From NCBI GenBank assembly GCA_030390025.1, contig CM059432.1, positions 120,902,001 to 120,966,000 on the forward strand: DNA of 64,000 bases, in the 5' to 3' direction. The position numbers and the translations under genes are program-made. The notes beneath the pieces were generated by a model. The model ran no database searches and was not told where the DNA came from. It worked only from the letters and a program-made list of their open reading frames with translations. The stretch is from Squalus acanthias (Eukaryota). This document shows positions 21,350 to 34,611 of this stretch, one piece after another. The number at the start of each line of letters is the position of its first letter. The first letter of the stretch is position 1.

Positions 21350-22983
21350 TGTAGAATTCGCAATATATCGCGATTTTTATTAATAAGGAGAAAACACAGA
21401 GTGTCGTTCAAACAGCTTTTATTTCAGCAGAATGCTGTCAGGTTTCTCAAAGTGGACACAAGCAGCCTGTAAAATGGCCGCCGCACCTCGTGACAGAACA
21501 TTCTAGACTTTTCGACAGGCAGACAAGATGGCGTTCCAATAAACATTTGTGCAAGATCGATTAAGATTCAGCACATTGAAGATAATACACGAGACATTAT
21601 GGGTTTACAGTATACACATAAATACTGAAATCGGTCTCCCAGGTACGAATGAAAGCTATTGTACCGAGTAATCAAGGGCCCATCCAAAGACATTAATATG
21701 TAAAATCCCAACGACTCTACGATGAGAGAGCCGTTAGCGGGTAGTTATACAAAACACTTGGAAGCCCCAAAACCCCTCCAGGGAGAACACCGACCGATTT
21801 AACAATGGGAGAAATATTAACAGGTACTCAGACATTTACGAGTAGCCCCGAAACCCATTAAGAACGGAGATCACCCATACAAGACATTTGAGCGCCAAAC
21901 CCTAACAAAAGAAAGGACATTAAGGTTGGGCGGGAAACGGAAGATTTTGTACTATAATTACAAGCTCCAACCGTCCATCTTTCTCTTATTCTCTTATCCG
22001 ATCGACTCGTAACCTCGTGGCTGCTCCTGTGTTTTGACTCGTAGTCTTGTTCCTGCTTGCCTGGTGCCTCTTTGAAAAAGACTGTTGAACTTTCTGATCC
22101 GTTCGGATCTACCTCGTGTCGCGTAACGAAGACCTATGTTGGTAACTGGCATCGGAACCAAAGGCCCGAGATGAGATGAGATGAGATGAGATGAGAAGAG
22201 AGGAAGACCATACTCATCGCCACGGTCAGTAAATCCCGACCGCGCCCGTAGGTCGAATAGCCAAGTTTTCCTTGCCCGGAAGACTTCTTTGAACTTGCAA
22301 GAACGGATTATCACCGATGATATTGACTGGTCTGGATTCGGAAAGTACCTGTTAAACCAACCAACACAGATCTTCATCACAGCAGACGGTCCAGCCTGCT
22401 AGCCGGAGCAGAAGCAAGTAAACAAGTGGGACCAGGAGATCTCCTGATCGACACGTGGGTGCTGCGGTGAAAACATCCGATCAGCTATTCGGAATTTCTC
22501 CGAGTTATCACGAGTGGTGAGCATGAGTCTCGAAATCCTACGAATCTAGCTAGGACAGATATTGATAGGGGAGGGTTTAAGTATTAAGGATACTTGTAAT
22601 GTGTGCCCGTATTTACGGTGTGTCGTTCGTTCCTCGTTTCCCTAGGATTAGCTATATAACTGCTTGTAAGATTGTACTGTCATTAATCTGTGCTTATGAC
22701 ATGTATTTCGTAATCTTAAATATCATGCAATAAAGATTTTCCATTTCGTACCATTCAACCGAGTCTACATGAGTTTCATCTCCATTACTGCTCTCGCATC
22801 TAAGTCCAGTGTCTAGAACCGTAAGGGCGAGTGATTCGAACCACTCACAGGTGTGTCTAGTGCTCCCAGACTGGCTGGAGACCAGAACAGGCAACAAGGC
22901 CTAAACCCGCACTGACACACAGGCTGCACAGAGCCGCGTGAACCTCACAGGCTGCGAGACACGCACGGTCAGAATCCCTTACA
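21350..22983 (+). repeat. 3' LTR (1634 bp)
   Basis: Direct repeat of the 5' LTR; by eye ~4 substitutions plus one GAGAT unit fewer; AATAAA at 22729-22734. Confidence 0.97.
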
Positions 22984-24726
22984 AGGGACCAAAGTGGCAA
23001 TCTGTGTGTAGAGTCAGAAGATGTAGGTGGGGTTTTAAATGAATATTTTGCATGTGTTCATTCTGGAGAAGGACGATGTAGGCATAGAAATCAGACAGGG
23101 GGATTGTGATATACTTGAACAAATTAGTATTGAGAGGGAGGAGGTACTAGCGGTTTTAGCGGGCTTGAAAGTGGATAAATCCCCAGGCCCATACGAGATG
23201 TATCCCAGGCTGCTGTGTGAGGCAAGGGAGCAGATTGCAGGGGCTCTGACACAAATTTTCAGAACATCTCTGGCCACAGGGGAGGTGCCAGAGGATTGGA
23301 GAACAGCTAACGTAGTACCATTATTCAAGAATGGTAGTAGGGATAAACCAGGGAATTAGAGGCCAGTGAGCCTAACATCAGTGGTAGGGAAATTATTGGA
23401 AAAAATTCTGAGGGACAGAATTAGTCTCCACTTGAAGAGGCAAGTATTAATCAAGGATAGTCAGCATGGCTTTGTCAGGGGGAGATCATGTCTGACCAAT
23501 TTGATTGAATTTTGAGGGGGTGACTAGGTGTGTGGATGAGGGTAGTGCAGTTGATGTGGTCTACATGGACTTCAGTAAGGCTTTTGACAAAGTCCCGCAT
23601 GGGAGACTGGTCAAGAAAGTAAGAGCCCATGGGATCCAGGGCAACTTGGCACATTGGATCCAAAATTGGCTTAGTGGCAGGAGGCAGAGGGTGATGGTCG
23701 AAGGTTGTTTTTGTGACTGGAAGCCTGGGTCCAGTGGTGTGCCGCAGGGATCGGTGCTGGGTCCTTTTCTGTTTGTAGTGTACATTAATGATTTAGATAT
23801 GAATGTAGGAGGTATGATCAGTAAGTTCGCAGATGAAATGAAAATTGGTGGGGTGGTAAATAGCGAGGAGGGAAGCGTCATGACGATATAGACGGGTTGG
23901 TCAGATGGGCAGAACAGTGGCAAATGGAATTTAACCCTGAAAAGTGTGAGGTGATGCATTTTGGGAGGACTAACAAGGCAAGGGAATACACAATGAATGG
24001 TAGGACCCTAGGAAGGACAGAGGATCAGAGGGACGTTGGTGTGCATGTATATAGATCCCTGAAGGCAGCAGGACAGGTAGATAAGGTGGTTAAAAAAGCA
24101 TATGGGATACTTGCCTTCATTAGCCGAGGCATAGAATATAAGAGCAGGGAGGTTATGATGGAGCTGTACAAAATGCTAGTCAGGCCACAGCTGGAATACT
24201 GTGTGCAGTTCTGGTCGCCACACTATAGGAAGGATGTAATTGCATTGGAGAGGGTGCAGAGGAGATTCACCAGGATGTTACCTGAGCTGGAGCACTTCAG
24301 CTATGAAGAGAGAGTGGACAGGCTGGGGTTGTTTTCCTTAGAGCAGAGAAGGCTGAGGGGGGACCTAATTGAGGTGTACAAAATTATGAGGGTCATAGAT
24401 AGGGTAGATAGAAAGGAACTTTTCCCCTTAGTAGAGGGGTCAATAACCAGGGGGCATAGTTTCAAGGTAAGGGGCAGGAGGTTTAGAGGGGAATTCAGGA
24501 AAAACTTTTTCACCCAGAGGGTGGTTGGAATCTGGAACTCACTGCCTGAAAGGGTGGTAGAGGCAGGATGCCTCAACATTCAAGAAGGATTGATATGAGC
24601 ACTTGAAACGCCATAGCATACAAGGCTACGGACCAAGTGCTGGAAAATGGGATTAGAACAGACAGGGCTTGATGGCCGGCGCTGACACGATGGGCCGAAG
24701 GGCCTCTTTCTGTGCTGTATAACTCT
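22984..24726 (+). mobile_element. CR1 LINE ORF2, 3' part (RT) and 3' UTR, continuation of 12611-13624
   Basis: [43 protein letters not shown]; tail ...gtgctgtataactctat. Confidence 0.92.
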
Positions 24727-27700
24727 ATCCTCCCCAGATTACACACTGTCCGTCTCACTGGGCCCATCCTCCCCGGGTTACACACTGTCTGATCTCACTG
24801 GGCCCATCCTCCCAGGGTTACACACTGTCTGATCTCACTGGGCTATCCTCCCCGGGTTACACATTGTCTGATTTCACTGGGCCCATCCTCCCCGGGTTAC
24901 ACACTTGTAAGGGGTTCGCGTGGCTCTGTGCTTAGCCTGGGTGCTAGTGCTGGGTTTGGCCTTGTTGCCTGTTCTGGTCTCCAGCCAGCCTGTTAGCACT
25001 AGACACCTGTGAGTGGTTCGACCCACTCGCCCTTACGGTTCTGACACTGGACTTAGGTGCGAGAGCAATAATGCAGAGAAAACTCAGGTAGACCCGCTTG
25101 AATAGTACGAAATGGAAAATCTTTATTGCATATTATTCAAGATTACGAAATACATGTCATAAGCACAGATTAATGACAGTACAAACTTACATACATTTAT
25201 GCAACTAGGTTTAGGGAAACGAGGAGCGCACGACACATCGTAAAAGGGGACACACATTATAATTATCCTTAAAACATAAACCCTCCCCTAATCTAGATCT
25301 GTAGGATCGAGACTCATGCTCACCACTCGTGATAACTCGGAGAATTCCGAAACGCTGCTCGGATGTTTTCACCACAGCACCTGACTATTCACGTGTTGAT
25401 CAGGGGTCCCTGTACCCCACTTGTTTACTCGCTTTGCTCCGGCTAGCGGGCTGGACCGTCTGATGTCATGAAGATCTGTGTTGATCTCGGAACTCTGATA
25501 AAATTCAAAGAAAATTCTTTCTGGACCGACACCAGTTGTCGGTAGAACTCGAAGAAAAGTCTTCCAGGGCCAGTTGTGGAGTAGCCGATAGAATTCGAAG
25601 AAGTGGTTAATCGATTTTCGGGCACAGTCGGGGTTTACTGACCGCGGCGGCACGTGTAGTCGTCTTCTTCTCTTCTCATCTCATCTCATCTCATCTCATC
25701 TCCTCTCGGGCCTTCGGTTCCAACACCGTTTACCGACTTCTCGGGATGGTGCGCCCGCTCACAGGCCTTCGCAGACCAGCTCTCCACAGATCTTCGCGGC
25801 AAGCCACTAGGTTGACTCCCGGAAAATCAGCGGATCAGAGAATAAGAGTCAAGAGTTCTCTAGCGAGTCAAAGGAATAAGAGAAAGATGGACGTTTGGAC
25901 ACTACAGTTATAGTACTGTAATTCCTTATCTCCCGCCCAATCTTAATGTCCATCTTTTGTCATGTTTTGGCACTTAAACTTCTTGTATGGGGTGGTATTT
26001 GTCGTTAATGGGTTTCGGTGATACTTGTAAATGTCTGAGTACCCGTTAATATTTCTCCCCTTGTGGAACCGGCTAGGAGTCTCCCTGGAGGGGTTTTGGG
26101 GGCCTCCGAATTCTTGCTGTGAGTACCCGCGAACGGCTCTCTCATCGTAGAGCCGTGGGGAATTTGCGTATCAATGTCTTTGGATGGGCCCCTTGATTGC
26201 CCAGTACAATAGCTCTCATTTGTGCATGGAAAACCCGATTCCAGCACTTATATTCCTGGCTTGGGTGTTAAAATGCAAAACGATCTCGTCTTGTCTTATC
26301 TCAATATGCTGAGTCCTGTCCGATCTTGCTGAAATGTTTATTGAAACGCCATCTTGTCTGCCTGCTGAAAGTCTAGAACCTTCTGCCACGAGGCGTGGCG
26401 GCCATTTTACAGGCTGCTTATGTCCGTTTTGAAACCTGACAGCATTTTGCTGAAATAAAGCTGTGTTTACGAAACTGTATGTCTCTTTCTCATTATTTTT
26501 AAATCGCGATAATTTGCGAATTCTACACACTGTCTGATCTCTCTGGGCCCATCCTCCCCGGATTACACACTGTCTGATCTCACTGGGCCCATCCTCCCCG
26601 GGTTACACACTGTCTGGTCACACTAGGCACATCCTCCCCTGGGTTACACACTGTCTGATCTCACTGGGCCCATCCTCCCCAGATTACACACTGCCTGATC
26701 TCACTGGGCCCATCCTCCCCGGGTTACACACTGTCTGATCACACTGGGCCCATCCTCCCCGGGTTACACATTGTCTGATCACACTGGGCCCATCCTCCCC
26801 GGGTTACACACTGTCTGATCTCACTGGGCCCATCCTCCCCAGATTACACACTGCCTGATCTCACTGGGCCCATCCTCCCGGGGTTACACACTGTCTGATC
26901 TCACTGGGCCCATCCTCCCGGGGTTACACACTGTCTGATCTCACTGGGCCCATCCTCCCCGGGTTACACACTGTCTGGTCACACTAGGCACATCCTCCCC
27001 TGGGTTACACACTGTCTGATCTCACTGGGCCCATCCTCCCCGGGTTAAAAACTGTCTGATCTCACTGGGCCCATCCTCCCCGGGTTACACACTGTCTGAT
27101 CTCACTGGGCCCATCCTCCCCGGGTTACAGACTGTCTGATCTCACTGGGCCCATCCTCCCCGGGTTACACACTGTCTGATCTCACTGGGCCCATCCTCCC
27201 TGGGTTACACACTGTCTGATCTCACTGGGCCCATCCTCCCCAGATTACACACTGCCTGATCTCACTGGGCCCATCCTCCCCGGGTTACACACTGTCTGAT
27301 CACACTGGGCCCATCCTCCCCGGGTTACACATTGTCTGATCACACTGGGCCCATCCTCCCCGGGTTACACACTGTCTGATCTCACTGGGCCCATCCTCCC
27401 CAGATTACACACTGCCTGATCTCACTGGGCCCATCCTCCCGGGGTTACACACTGTCTGATCTCACTGGGCCCATCCTCCCTGGGTTACACACTGTCTGAT
27501 CTCACTGGGCCCATCCTCCCCGGGTTACACACTGTCTGATCTCACTGGGCCCATCCTCCCCGGGTTACACCATGTCTGATCTCACTGGGCCCATCCTCCC
27601 CGGGTTACACCATGTCTGATCTCACTGGGCCCATCCTCCCCTGGGTTACACTGTGTGATCTCACTGGGCCCATCCTCCCCAGGTTACACACTGCCTGATC

Positions 27701-28348
27701 TCACTGGGCCCATCCTCCCCGGGTTACACCATGTCTGATCTCACTGGGCCCATCCTCCCCGGGTTACACACTCCCTGATCTCACTGGGCCCATCCTCCCC
27801 GGGTTACACATTGTCTGATCTCACTGGGCCCATCCTCCCCGGGTTACACACTGTCTGATCTCTCTGGGCCCATCCTCCCCGGGTTACACACTGTCTGATC
27901 TCACTGGGCCCATCCTCCCCGGGTTACACACTGTCTGATCTCACTGGGCCCATCCTCCCTGGGTTACACACTGTCTGATCTCACTGGGCCCATCCTCCCC
28001 GGATTACACACTGTCTGATCTCACTGGGCCCATCCTCCCCGGGTTACGCACTGTCTGATCTCACTGGGCCCATCCTCCCCGGATTACACACTGTCTGATC
28101 TCACTGGGCCCATCCTCCCCGGGTTACGCACTGTCTGATCTCACTGGGCCCATCCTCCCCGGATTACACACTATTTGATCTCATTGGGCCCATCTTCCAA
28201 TGGTTACACACTGTGTGATCTCACTGGGCCCATCCTCTCCGGGTTACACACTGTCTGATCACACTGGGCCCATCCTCCCCGGGTTTCACACTGTCTGATC
28301 TCACTGGGCCCATCCTCCCCGGGTTTCGCACTGTCTGATCTCACTGGG
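24727..28348. repeat. 40-bp minisatellite (cacactgtctgatctcactgggcccatcctccccgggtta)n, ~50 copies, interrupted by a solo LTR
   Basis: About 4.5 units at 24727-24905 and about 45 units at 26528-28348; high unit identity. Confidence 0.97.
24906..26527 (-). mobile_element. Solo LTR (1622 bp) of a related subfamily, inverted
   Basis: Reverse complement starts TGTAGAATTCGC and ends CCCCTTACA; CACT TSD at 24902-24905 and 26528-26531; colinear with the provirus LTRs but diverged. Confidence 0.95.
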
Positions 28349-28479
28349 GCCCGGCACACATCAAACCCCGCCCACTGCACTTCCCCGAATTAGCAAGGAG
28401 CGACACGGTGCCTGCGCGGGCAAGCAAAGAAGCGAGACTGCATCACCACAGCGTCCCCAGTGGAAGGAGTACTACACAG

Positions 28480-28953
28480 GAACATAGCAACAAGAGGATG
28501 TCATTCAGCCCCTGCAACCTGTTCCAGCATTCAATGAAATCATGGCTAATCTGTCTTAACTCCATGGCCCGGCCTTTGTTTCATCACCATTAATGCCCAA
28601 CAAACATCTGTTAATGCTTTCCTCCATCCAAACGGAACTAGACAAGTACCTGAAAAAAATAATGCTGTGCTATAGGGAAAAGGCGGGGGATTGAGCTGAA
28701 GTGCTCTTAGAGAGCCGGCATGGGCTGGACAGGCCGAATGGCCTCCTACTGTCCCGTAACGATGATTCTATCGCCCCTGAACGGCCGAGCTCCAATGTGA
28801 CGTTTATGCTTTATTGTTCTGGACTCCCCCACCAGAGGAAAAAGACTTCTTCCTCTATCTTATCAAATGCTTTATTCATCTTAACCACCTCAATTAGATC
28901 ACCGCTTGATCATCTATATTCGAGTGAATACAAGCCTAGTCTTTGCAAACTAT
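28480..28953 (-). mobile_element. CR1 3' composite fragment, paralogous to 11087-11770
   Basis: Same nested two-tail structure and junctions (aatgcccaacaaacatct, ccatccaaacggaactaga, ttgttctggactcccc). Confidence 0.7.
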
Positions 28954-28954
28954 G

Positions 28955-31900
28955 AGACCCGAAGGACCGGACCTTGGGGGAGCACAGTGAGAGCGGAGCA
29001 GTTAAAAGGAGCAGCCCCGAGTGGCAACAACTCAACAGAGGCAGTTTTCGAAAAAGTGACGTCAGTGAAAAAAATGTGACATCGGCATAAGGGAAGGAGC
29101 CGATTGGCGAGTAGCTGGAGAGTGTATTTTTTAAAGTTTATAAGTTTACTTCTGCTAAGTTAGTTCTTAGCCGATTAAATAGAGGGAAAGTGCTGATTGG
29201 TGAATAGCTGGCAAGTGTTTTCTGTTAAGTGTTAAGTTTATTTTTGCTGGGTTAGTTCTTGGTCTATTAAATAGAGGCATGGCAGGGCAGCTCAGTCCCG
29301 TGGAGTGCACATCCTGTGCCATGTAGGAAGTCCTGGATGCTTCGCGTAGCCTGGACGACCGCATTTGCGGGAAGTGTCGCCAGCTACAACAACTTGAGCT
29401 CTGGGTTTTGGAGCTTAAGCCGCAACTGGAGTCACCGCGGTGCATCCGCGAGGCTGAGCGTTACGTGGATAGCACGTTTCTCGAGGTGGTCACCCCGCAT
29501 CTTAAAAGTATGCAGGTAGAGAGGGAATGGGTGACCGCCAGAGAGAAGAGGACCACCAGGCAGGTCGTACAGGAGTCCCCAGAGTGCCTCGCACTCTCCA
29601 ACCAGTATTCTGTTCCGAGTACTGGGGAGGGCGATGGATGCTGTGGGGAGTGCAGCCAGACTCAAGTCCATGGCACCACGGATGGCTCAGCTGCACAGGG
29701 GAGGAGGAAAAAGAGTGGAAGAGCAATAGTCATAGTGGATTCGATAGTTAGGGGAGCAGACAGGCATTTCTGCAGCCGTAGACGTGACTCCAGGATGGTA
29801 TGTTGCCTATCTGGTGCCAGGGTCAAGGATGTCACTGAGCGGCTGCAGGACACACTGAGGGGGGAGGGTGAACAGCCAGAGGTTGTTGTCCATATCAGTA
29901 CCAACAACATAGGCAGAAAGAGGGATGAGGTCCTGCAGGCAGAGTTTAGGGAGCGAGGAGAGAGATTAAGAAGCAGGCCCTCAAAAGGTAGTAATCTCCA
30001 GAATACTCCCGGTGCCATGTGCTAGTGAGTACAGGAATAGGAGGACAGATGAATGCGTAGCTGGAGAGATGGTGCAGGAGGGAGGGCTTTAGATTTCTGA
30101 GGCATTGGGACCGTTTCTGGGGAAGGTGGGACCTGTACACGTCGGACGGGTTACACATTCAACAGAGCCGGGACCAATATTCTCACGGGGAGGTTTGTTA
30201 GTGCTGTTGGGGAGGATTTAACCTAGCTTGGCAGGGGGATGGGCACCAGCTTATAGGAGTAGAAAAGAGGAATAAGGTGCATAAAAGAGTGATTGTGTTG
30301 GATAGTACGAGAGAAAATAGTACCAGAGGCGGTAGTAGTACCGTATTAGATCGGATCAAACTAAGAAATATTACGAAAAATTCAAAAATGAGTTTAGAAT
30401 GCATGTACGTGCACGCACAAAGTGTGGTGAATAAGGTTGGTGAGCTACAAGCACAATTAACCGTGTGGCAATGTGATGTGGCAATAACGGAAATGTGGCT
30501 TAAAAACGGTGAGGACTGTGAACTTAATATTCAAGGGTACAAGGTGTTCGTAAAAGAAAGGGAAGGAAAAAAGGGAGGTGGGGTGGCAGTGGTGATTGAG
30601 GAAGTCATTGTAGTGTTGGAAAGGGAGGTGGGGGGGCAGTGCTGATTGAGGAAGACATTGTAGTGTTGGAAAGGGAGGATGTTCTTGAGCAGACAAGGAC
30701 AGAATCCATTTGGTTCGAGTTGAGGAGCAAAAAGGGATTGATCCCGCTATTGGGGGTATTCTATAGGCCCCCAAATAGAGAGAGGGATGTTGAGGAGCAA
30801 ATCTGCAGGGAAATTGCAGAGATATGCAAGAGCTATAGAGTGTTGATATTGGGGGACTTTAATTAGCCAAATATCGATTGGGATAATGCTGGGGTAAAGG
30901 GAGAAGAGTGGGAGGAATTTCTGAAATGTATTCAGGAGAATTTCCTTGTCCAATATGTTCTTGGCCCAACTAGGAAGGAGGCATAGCTGGATTTGGTGGT
31001 GGGGAATGAGATGAGCCAGATTGACCAAGTGTCTGTGGGAGAACACTTGGGAATGAGTGATCATCGTATCATAAGATTTAGATTAGCAATGGAGAGGAGC
31101 AAGCAAAAATCTAGAGTGGAACTTCTAAACTGGAATAGGGCTAACTTCATTGGGATGCAAAAGGATCTAGCCAGGGTAAAATGGAACCAAAGACTGACAG
31201 GAAAAACTGTAACGGAACAATGGGTGATCATTAAGGAGGAGATGTTCCAAGTACAGGCTAGGTACACCAACAAGAGGGAAGGGTTAGGGAACCAAAGCAA
31301 TGGCTCCTTGGATGACGAGGGAAATAGAGAAGATGGTGAAAAAAAGAGGGTGTATGATGCATGTCAGGTGAATTCTTCAAGGGAGAATCAGATCAAATAC
31401 AATAAGTTGAGAGGGGATCTGAAGATGAAAATAAGATTGGCAAAGAGAGAATATGAGAGTAGAATGCTGGTTAACCTAAAAGGGAACCCAAAAATATTCT
31501 ACCGGCATGTAAACAGTAAGCGGGTAGTAAGAGGTGGGGTGGGGCTTATTAGAGACAACAAAGGTGATATATGCTTAGAGGCACAGGGCAAGGCTAGAAT
31601 ACTCAATGAGTACTTTGTATCCGTGTTTACTAAGGAGGTGGATGCTGACAAAATATCGGTAGAAGCAATGGAAGGGGTGAAAATTGATAGATAGGATGTA
31701 CTAGAAAGGCTGGGTATGCTTAGAGTGGACAATCACCTGGTCCGGATGGTTTGCATCCCAGGTTGCTAAGGGAATTGGGAGAGGAGATAACGGAAGGGCT
31801 TGTCATAATTTTCCAATCTTCCCTAGATGCGGGGGAGGTGCCGGAGGTTTGAAATTACCACATAGAAGGCTGGTTAACGAAATTGACGTTCATGGAATAG

Positions 31901-33006
31901 GTGGGTCAGTGGCAGCTTGGATAAGGAATTGGCTTAAGGACAGAAAACAGCGAGTTGTGGTAAATGGCTGTTTTTCAGACTGGAGGATGGTAGACAGTGG
32001 TGTTACCCAAGGGTCAGTGTTGGGGCCACTGCTTTTTTTGATATAAATAAATAACCTGGATATTGGAATACAGAGTAGCATTTCAAAATTTGCCAATGAC
32101 ACCAAATTTAGTGGTGTGACAAAGATTGATGATGATACCAATCGACTGCAACAGAACATAGAAAGGTTAGTAGAATGGGTAGACAAGTGGCAGATGGAAT
32201 TGAATACAGAAAAGTGTGAGGTGATGCATTTTGGCAGAAGGAACAGGGAGAGGCAATATACACTTAATGGCACAGTTTGAAAGAGTGTGCAGGGACAGAG
32301 GGACCTGGGAGTTAATGTGCATAGGTTCTTGAATGTGGCAGGACATATTGAGAGTGGTTAACAAAGCATATGGGATCTTGGGCTTCATAAATAGAGGTAT
32401 TGAGTACACAAGTAGAGAAGAATTGCTGAACATTTATAAAGCGCTGGTTAGGCCACAACTGGAGTATTGCGTCCAGTTCTGGTCACAACACTTTAGGAAG
32501 GATGTGAAGGCCCTTGAGAGGGTGCAGAAGAGATTTACCAGAATGGTTCCGGGGATGGGGGATCTTATCTACAAGGACAGGCTGGAGAAGCTTGACTTGT
32601 TTTCATTAGAGCAAAGGAGGTTGAGGGGTGATTTGATAGAGGTGTACAAGATTATGATGTGTTTGGATAGGCTAGACGGGGAAAGGCTGTTCCCACTAGT
32701 TGATGGTACAAGGACTAGGGGACACAGATTTAAGGTTTTGGGCAAGAGATACAGGGGGGATGTGAGGAAAAACTTTTTTACGCAGCGAGTGGTGATAATC
32801 TGGAATTCACTGCTGACAGAAGAAATGGTGGAAGCAGAGACACAATGTTTTCAAGGGGAGACTGAATAGGCCCTTGAGGGAAATAAACTTGCAGGACTAC
32901 GGGGATAGAGCGGGGGAATGGGACTGACTGGATTGCTCTACAGAGAGCCGACACGGACTCGATGGGTCGAATGGCCTCCTTCTGTGCCGTTATGACTATG
33001 ACTATG
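28955..33006 (+). mobile_element. Near full-length decayed CR1 LINE (ORF1 from ~29279, ORF2 EN-RT with internal deletion)
   Basis: ORF1 C..C zinc finger and IVIVDSIVRG esterase motif; ORF2 [23 protein letters not shown]; (atgact)n tail; several stops and frameshifts. Confidence 0.92.
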
Positions 33007-33471
33007 TTAGAAATAGACCACGTCACCTCTGAAAATCTGATTGTCTTAAACCATCTGAATCTGTTACTGTTAACGAATTATATGTATTTATAAGCCTGGT
33101 TCATGTGACCAACAAGAAATTTAATTCTGATAACACAAAATAATTAATTGGAAGTAAATTTACTAATATTTAGTAAAATGAGATTTACGTATCTTTTATC
33201 TGTTTATACTTAAATGTTAATCATTTAATTCAACTGCCATTGTGAAATTCAGAAATAGATTTATTGATAGAAAATAACTAAGTAAAACCCAGCATCCAGT
33301 TCAGAATTGTAAGATTATTTATTGAGAGTTGGATATGAAATATATTTGTGTGTCTGGTACTACTTTAACATGCAGTATAATATCGTTATTATGGGGAAGG
33401 TCGGTTCTTTCCAAGCAGGTGCTGGTGGCGGGGAGCCAGTTAATATCTGCTGGGCTCTTGGATCAAACCCC

Positions 33472-34545
33472 TTCCAATCTTACAACACAGGAGGCCATTT
33501 GGCCCACGGTGCTTGTGCCGGCTCTTTGAAAATATGTCCAAACTAGTCCCACACCCCAGCTTTCCCCCCCCCCCCCCGCCTTCCCACCGCCATAACCCTG
33601 CAAATTCGTCCTCTTCAAGTACAGGCCCAATTGCCTTTGAAAGTTCCCATGGAATTTGCTTCCATCAGTTTTTCAGATGGTGCATTCCAGATCTTAAACC
33701 TCTGTATAAAGCAAATTCTCCGAATTACACCTCCAGCTCTTTCGCCAATTATTTTAAAACTGTGACCTTTCCTTAACGCCCCACTTGCCAGTTTCTTCCT
33801 ACTTGCTCTATCAAAACTCTGACAATTTTGAATAACTATTAGGTCTCCCCTTAACCTTCCCTGCTTTAAAGGCAACAATCCTAGCCTCGCCGATCTCTCC
33901 ACATAATTGAAGTCCGTCATCCCTGGTATCATCCTGGTAAACCATCTCTGTACCCTCTCCATGGCCTTGGCATCCTTCCTAAAGTGCGGTGCCCAGAATT
34001 GTACACAATACTACAGCCCAACCAGTGAATTGTAATGGGTTAGCATTGACCTCCTTGTTTTAGAGTTCAATGCCCCATTTACAAAGCAAAACATCCCACG
34101 CACTCTATTAAAAGCCTTATCAATGTAGCCTGCCACCTTCAAAGATTTCTGAATATACACCCCCCGATCCCTCTGCTATTTCCCACCCCTCAAAATACTA
34201 CAGTCAAGTCAGTTCACACTGATCAGCATTAAATAGCATCTGCCATGTGTCTGCCCATTTCACCAGACTGTCTGCGTCTTTCTAAAGTCTGCTACTATCC
34301 TGCTCACCATTTACAAGAGTCAAACTTTGTATCATCAGCAAACCTCGAAGGTCCACTCCCTGTACCGAAGTCCAGGTCATTTAAAATATAAGGAAACCAA
34401 AGGTCCTAATTCCGACCCCTGGATCACCCAATGCATCCATCTCTCCAGTCAGAAAACATATGTTCACCACTGCTCTCTGCCTCCTATCACTCAGACAATT
34501 AGGAACCCAATTTACCACAGTCCCTTCAATACCATGTCCATCTCC
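33472..34545 (-). mobile_element. Old degenerate CR1 3' fragment
   Basis: MERVQRWFTRMIPGM...RLRGDLI ORF fragment. Confidence 0.75.
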
Positions 34546-34611
34546 AGGACCAGTGTGTATCTGAGCCAATGGGACTCTCTCTGACCTTTCTCCCCAGTCC
34601 ACCTCCAGAAC

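Larger units (their letters stand above)
13625..22983 (+). mobile_element. Endogenous LTR virus-like element (lokiretrovirus-like by Env type), pol-less, 9359 bp: LTR-gag-(readthrough ORF X)-Ig/env-LTR
   Basis: Paired TG...CA LTRs, AGGG TSD (13621-13624 and 22984-22987), PBS, PPT, gag with CCHC, env with furin site and TM. The family label is inferred. Confidence 0.95.

Noticed and set aside
23039..24598. RT ORFs next to the provirus as its missing pol
   Set aside because: They lie outside the LTRs and TSD and carry non-LTR CR1 motifs; they belong to the interrupted host LINE.
24727..28348. CRISPR-like array
   Set aside because: Head-to-tail 40-bp units with no unique spacers, no cas genes, and a eukaryotic context; it is a minisatellite.
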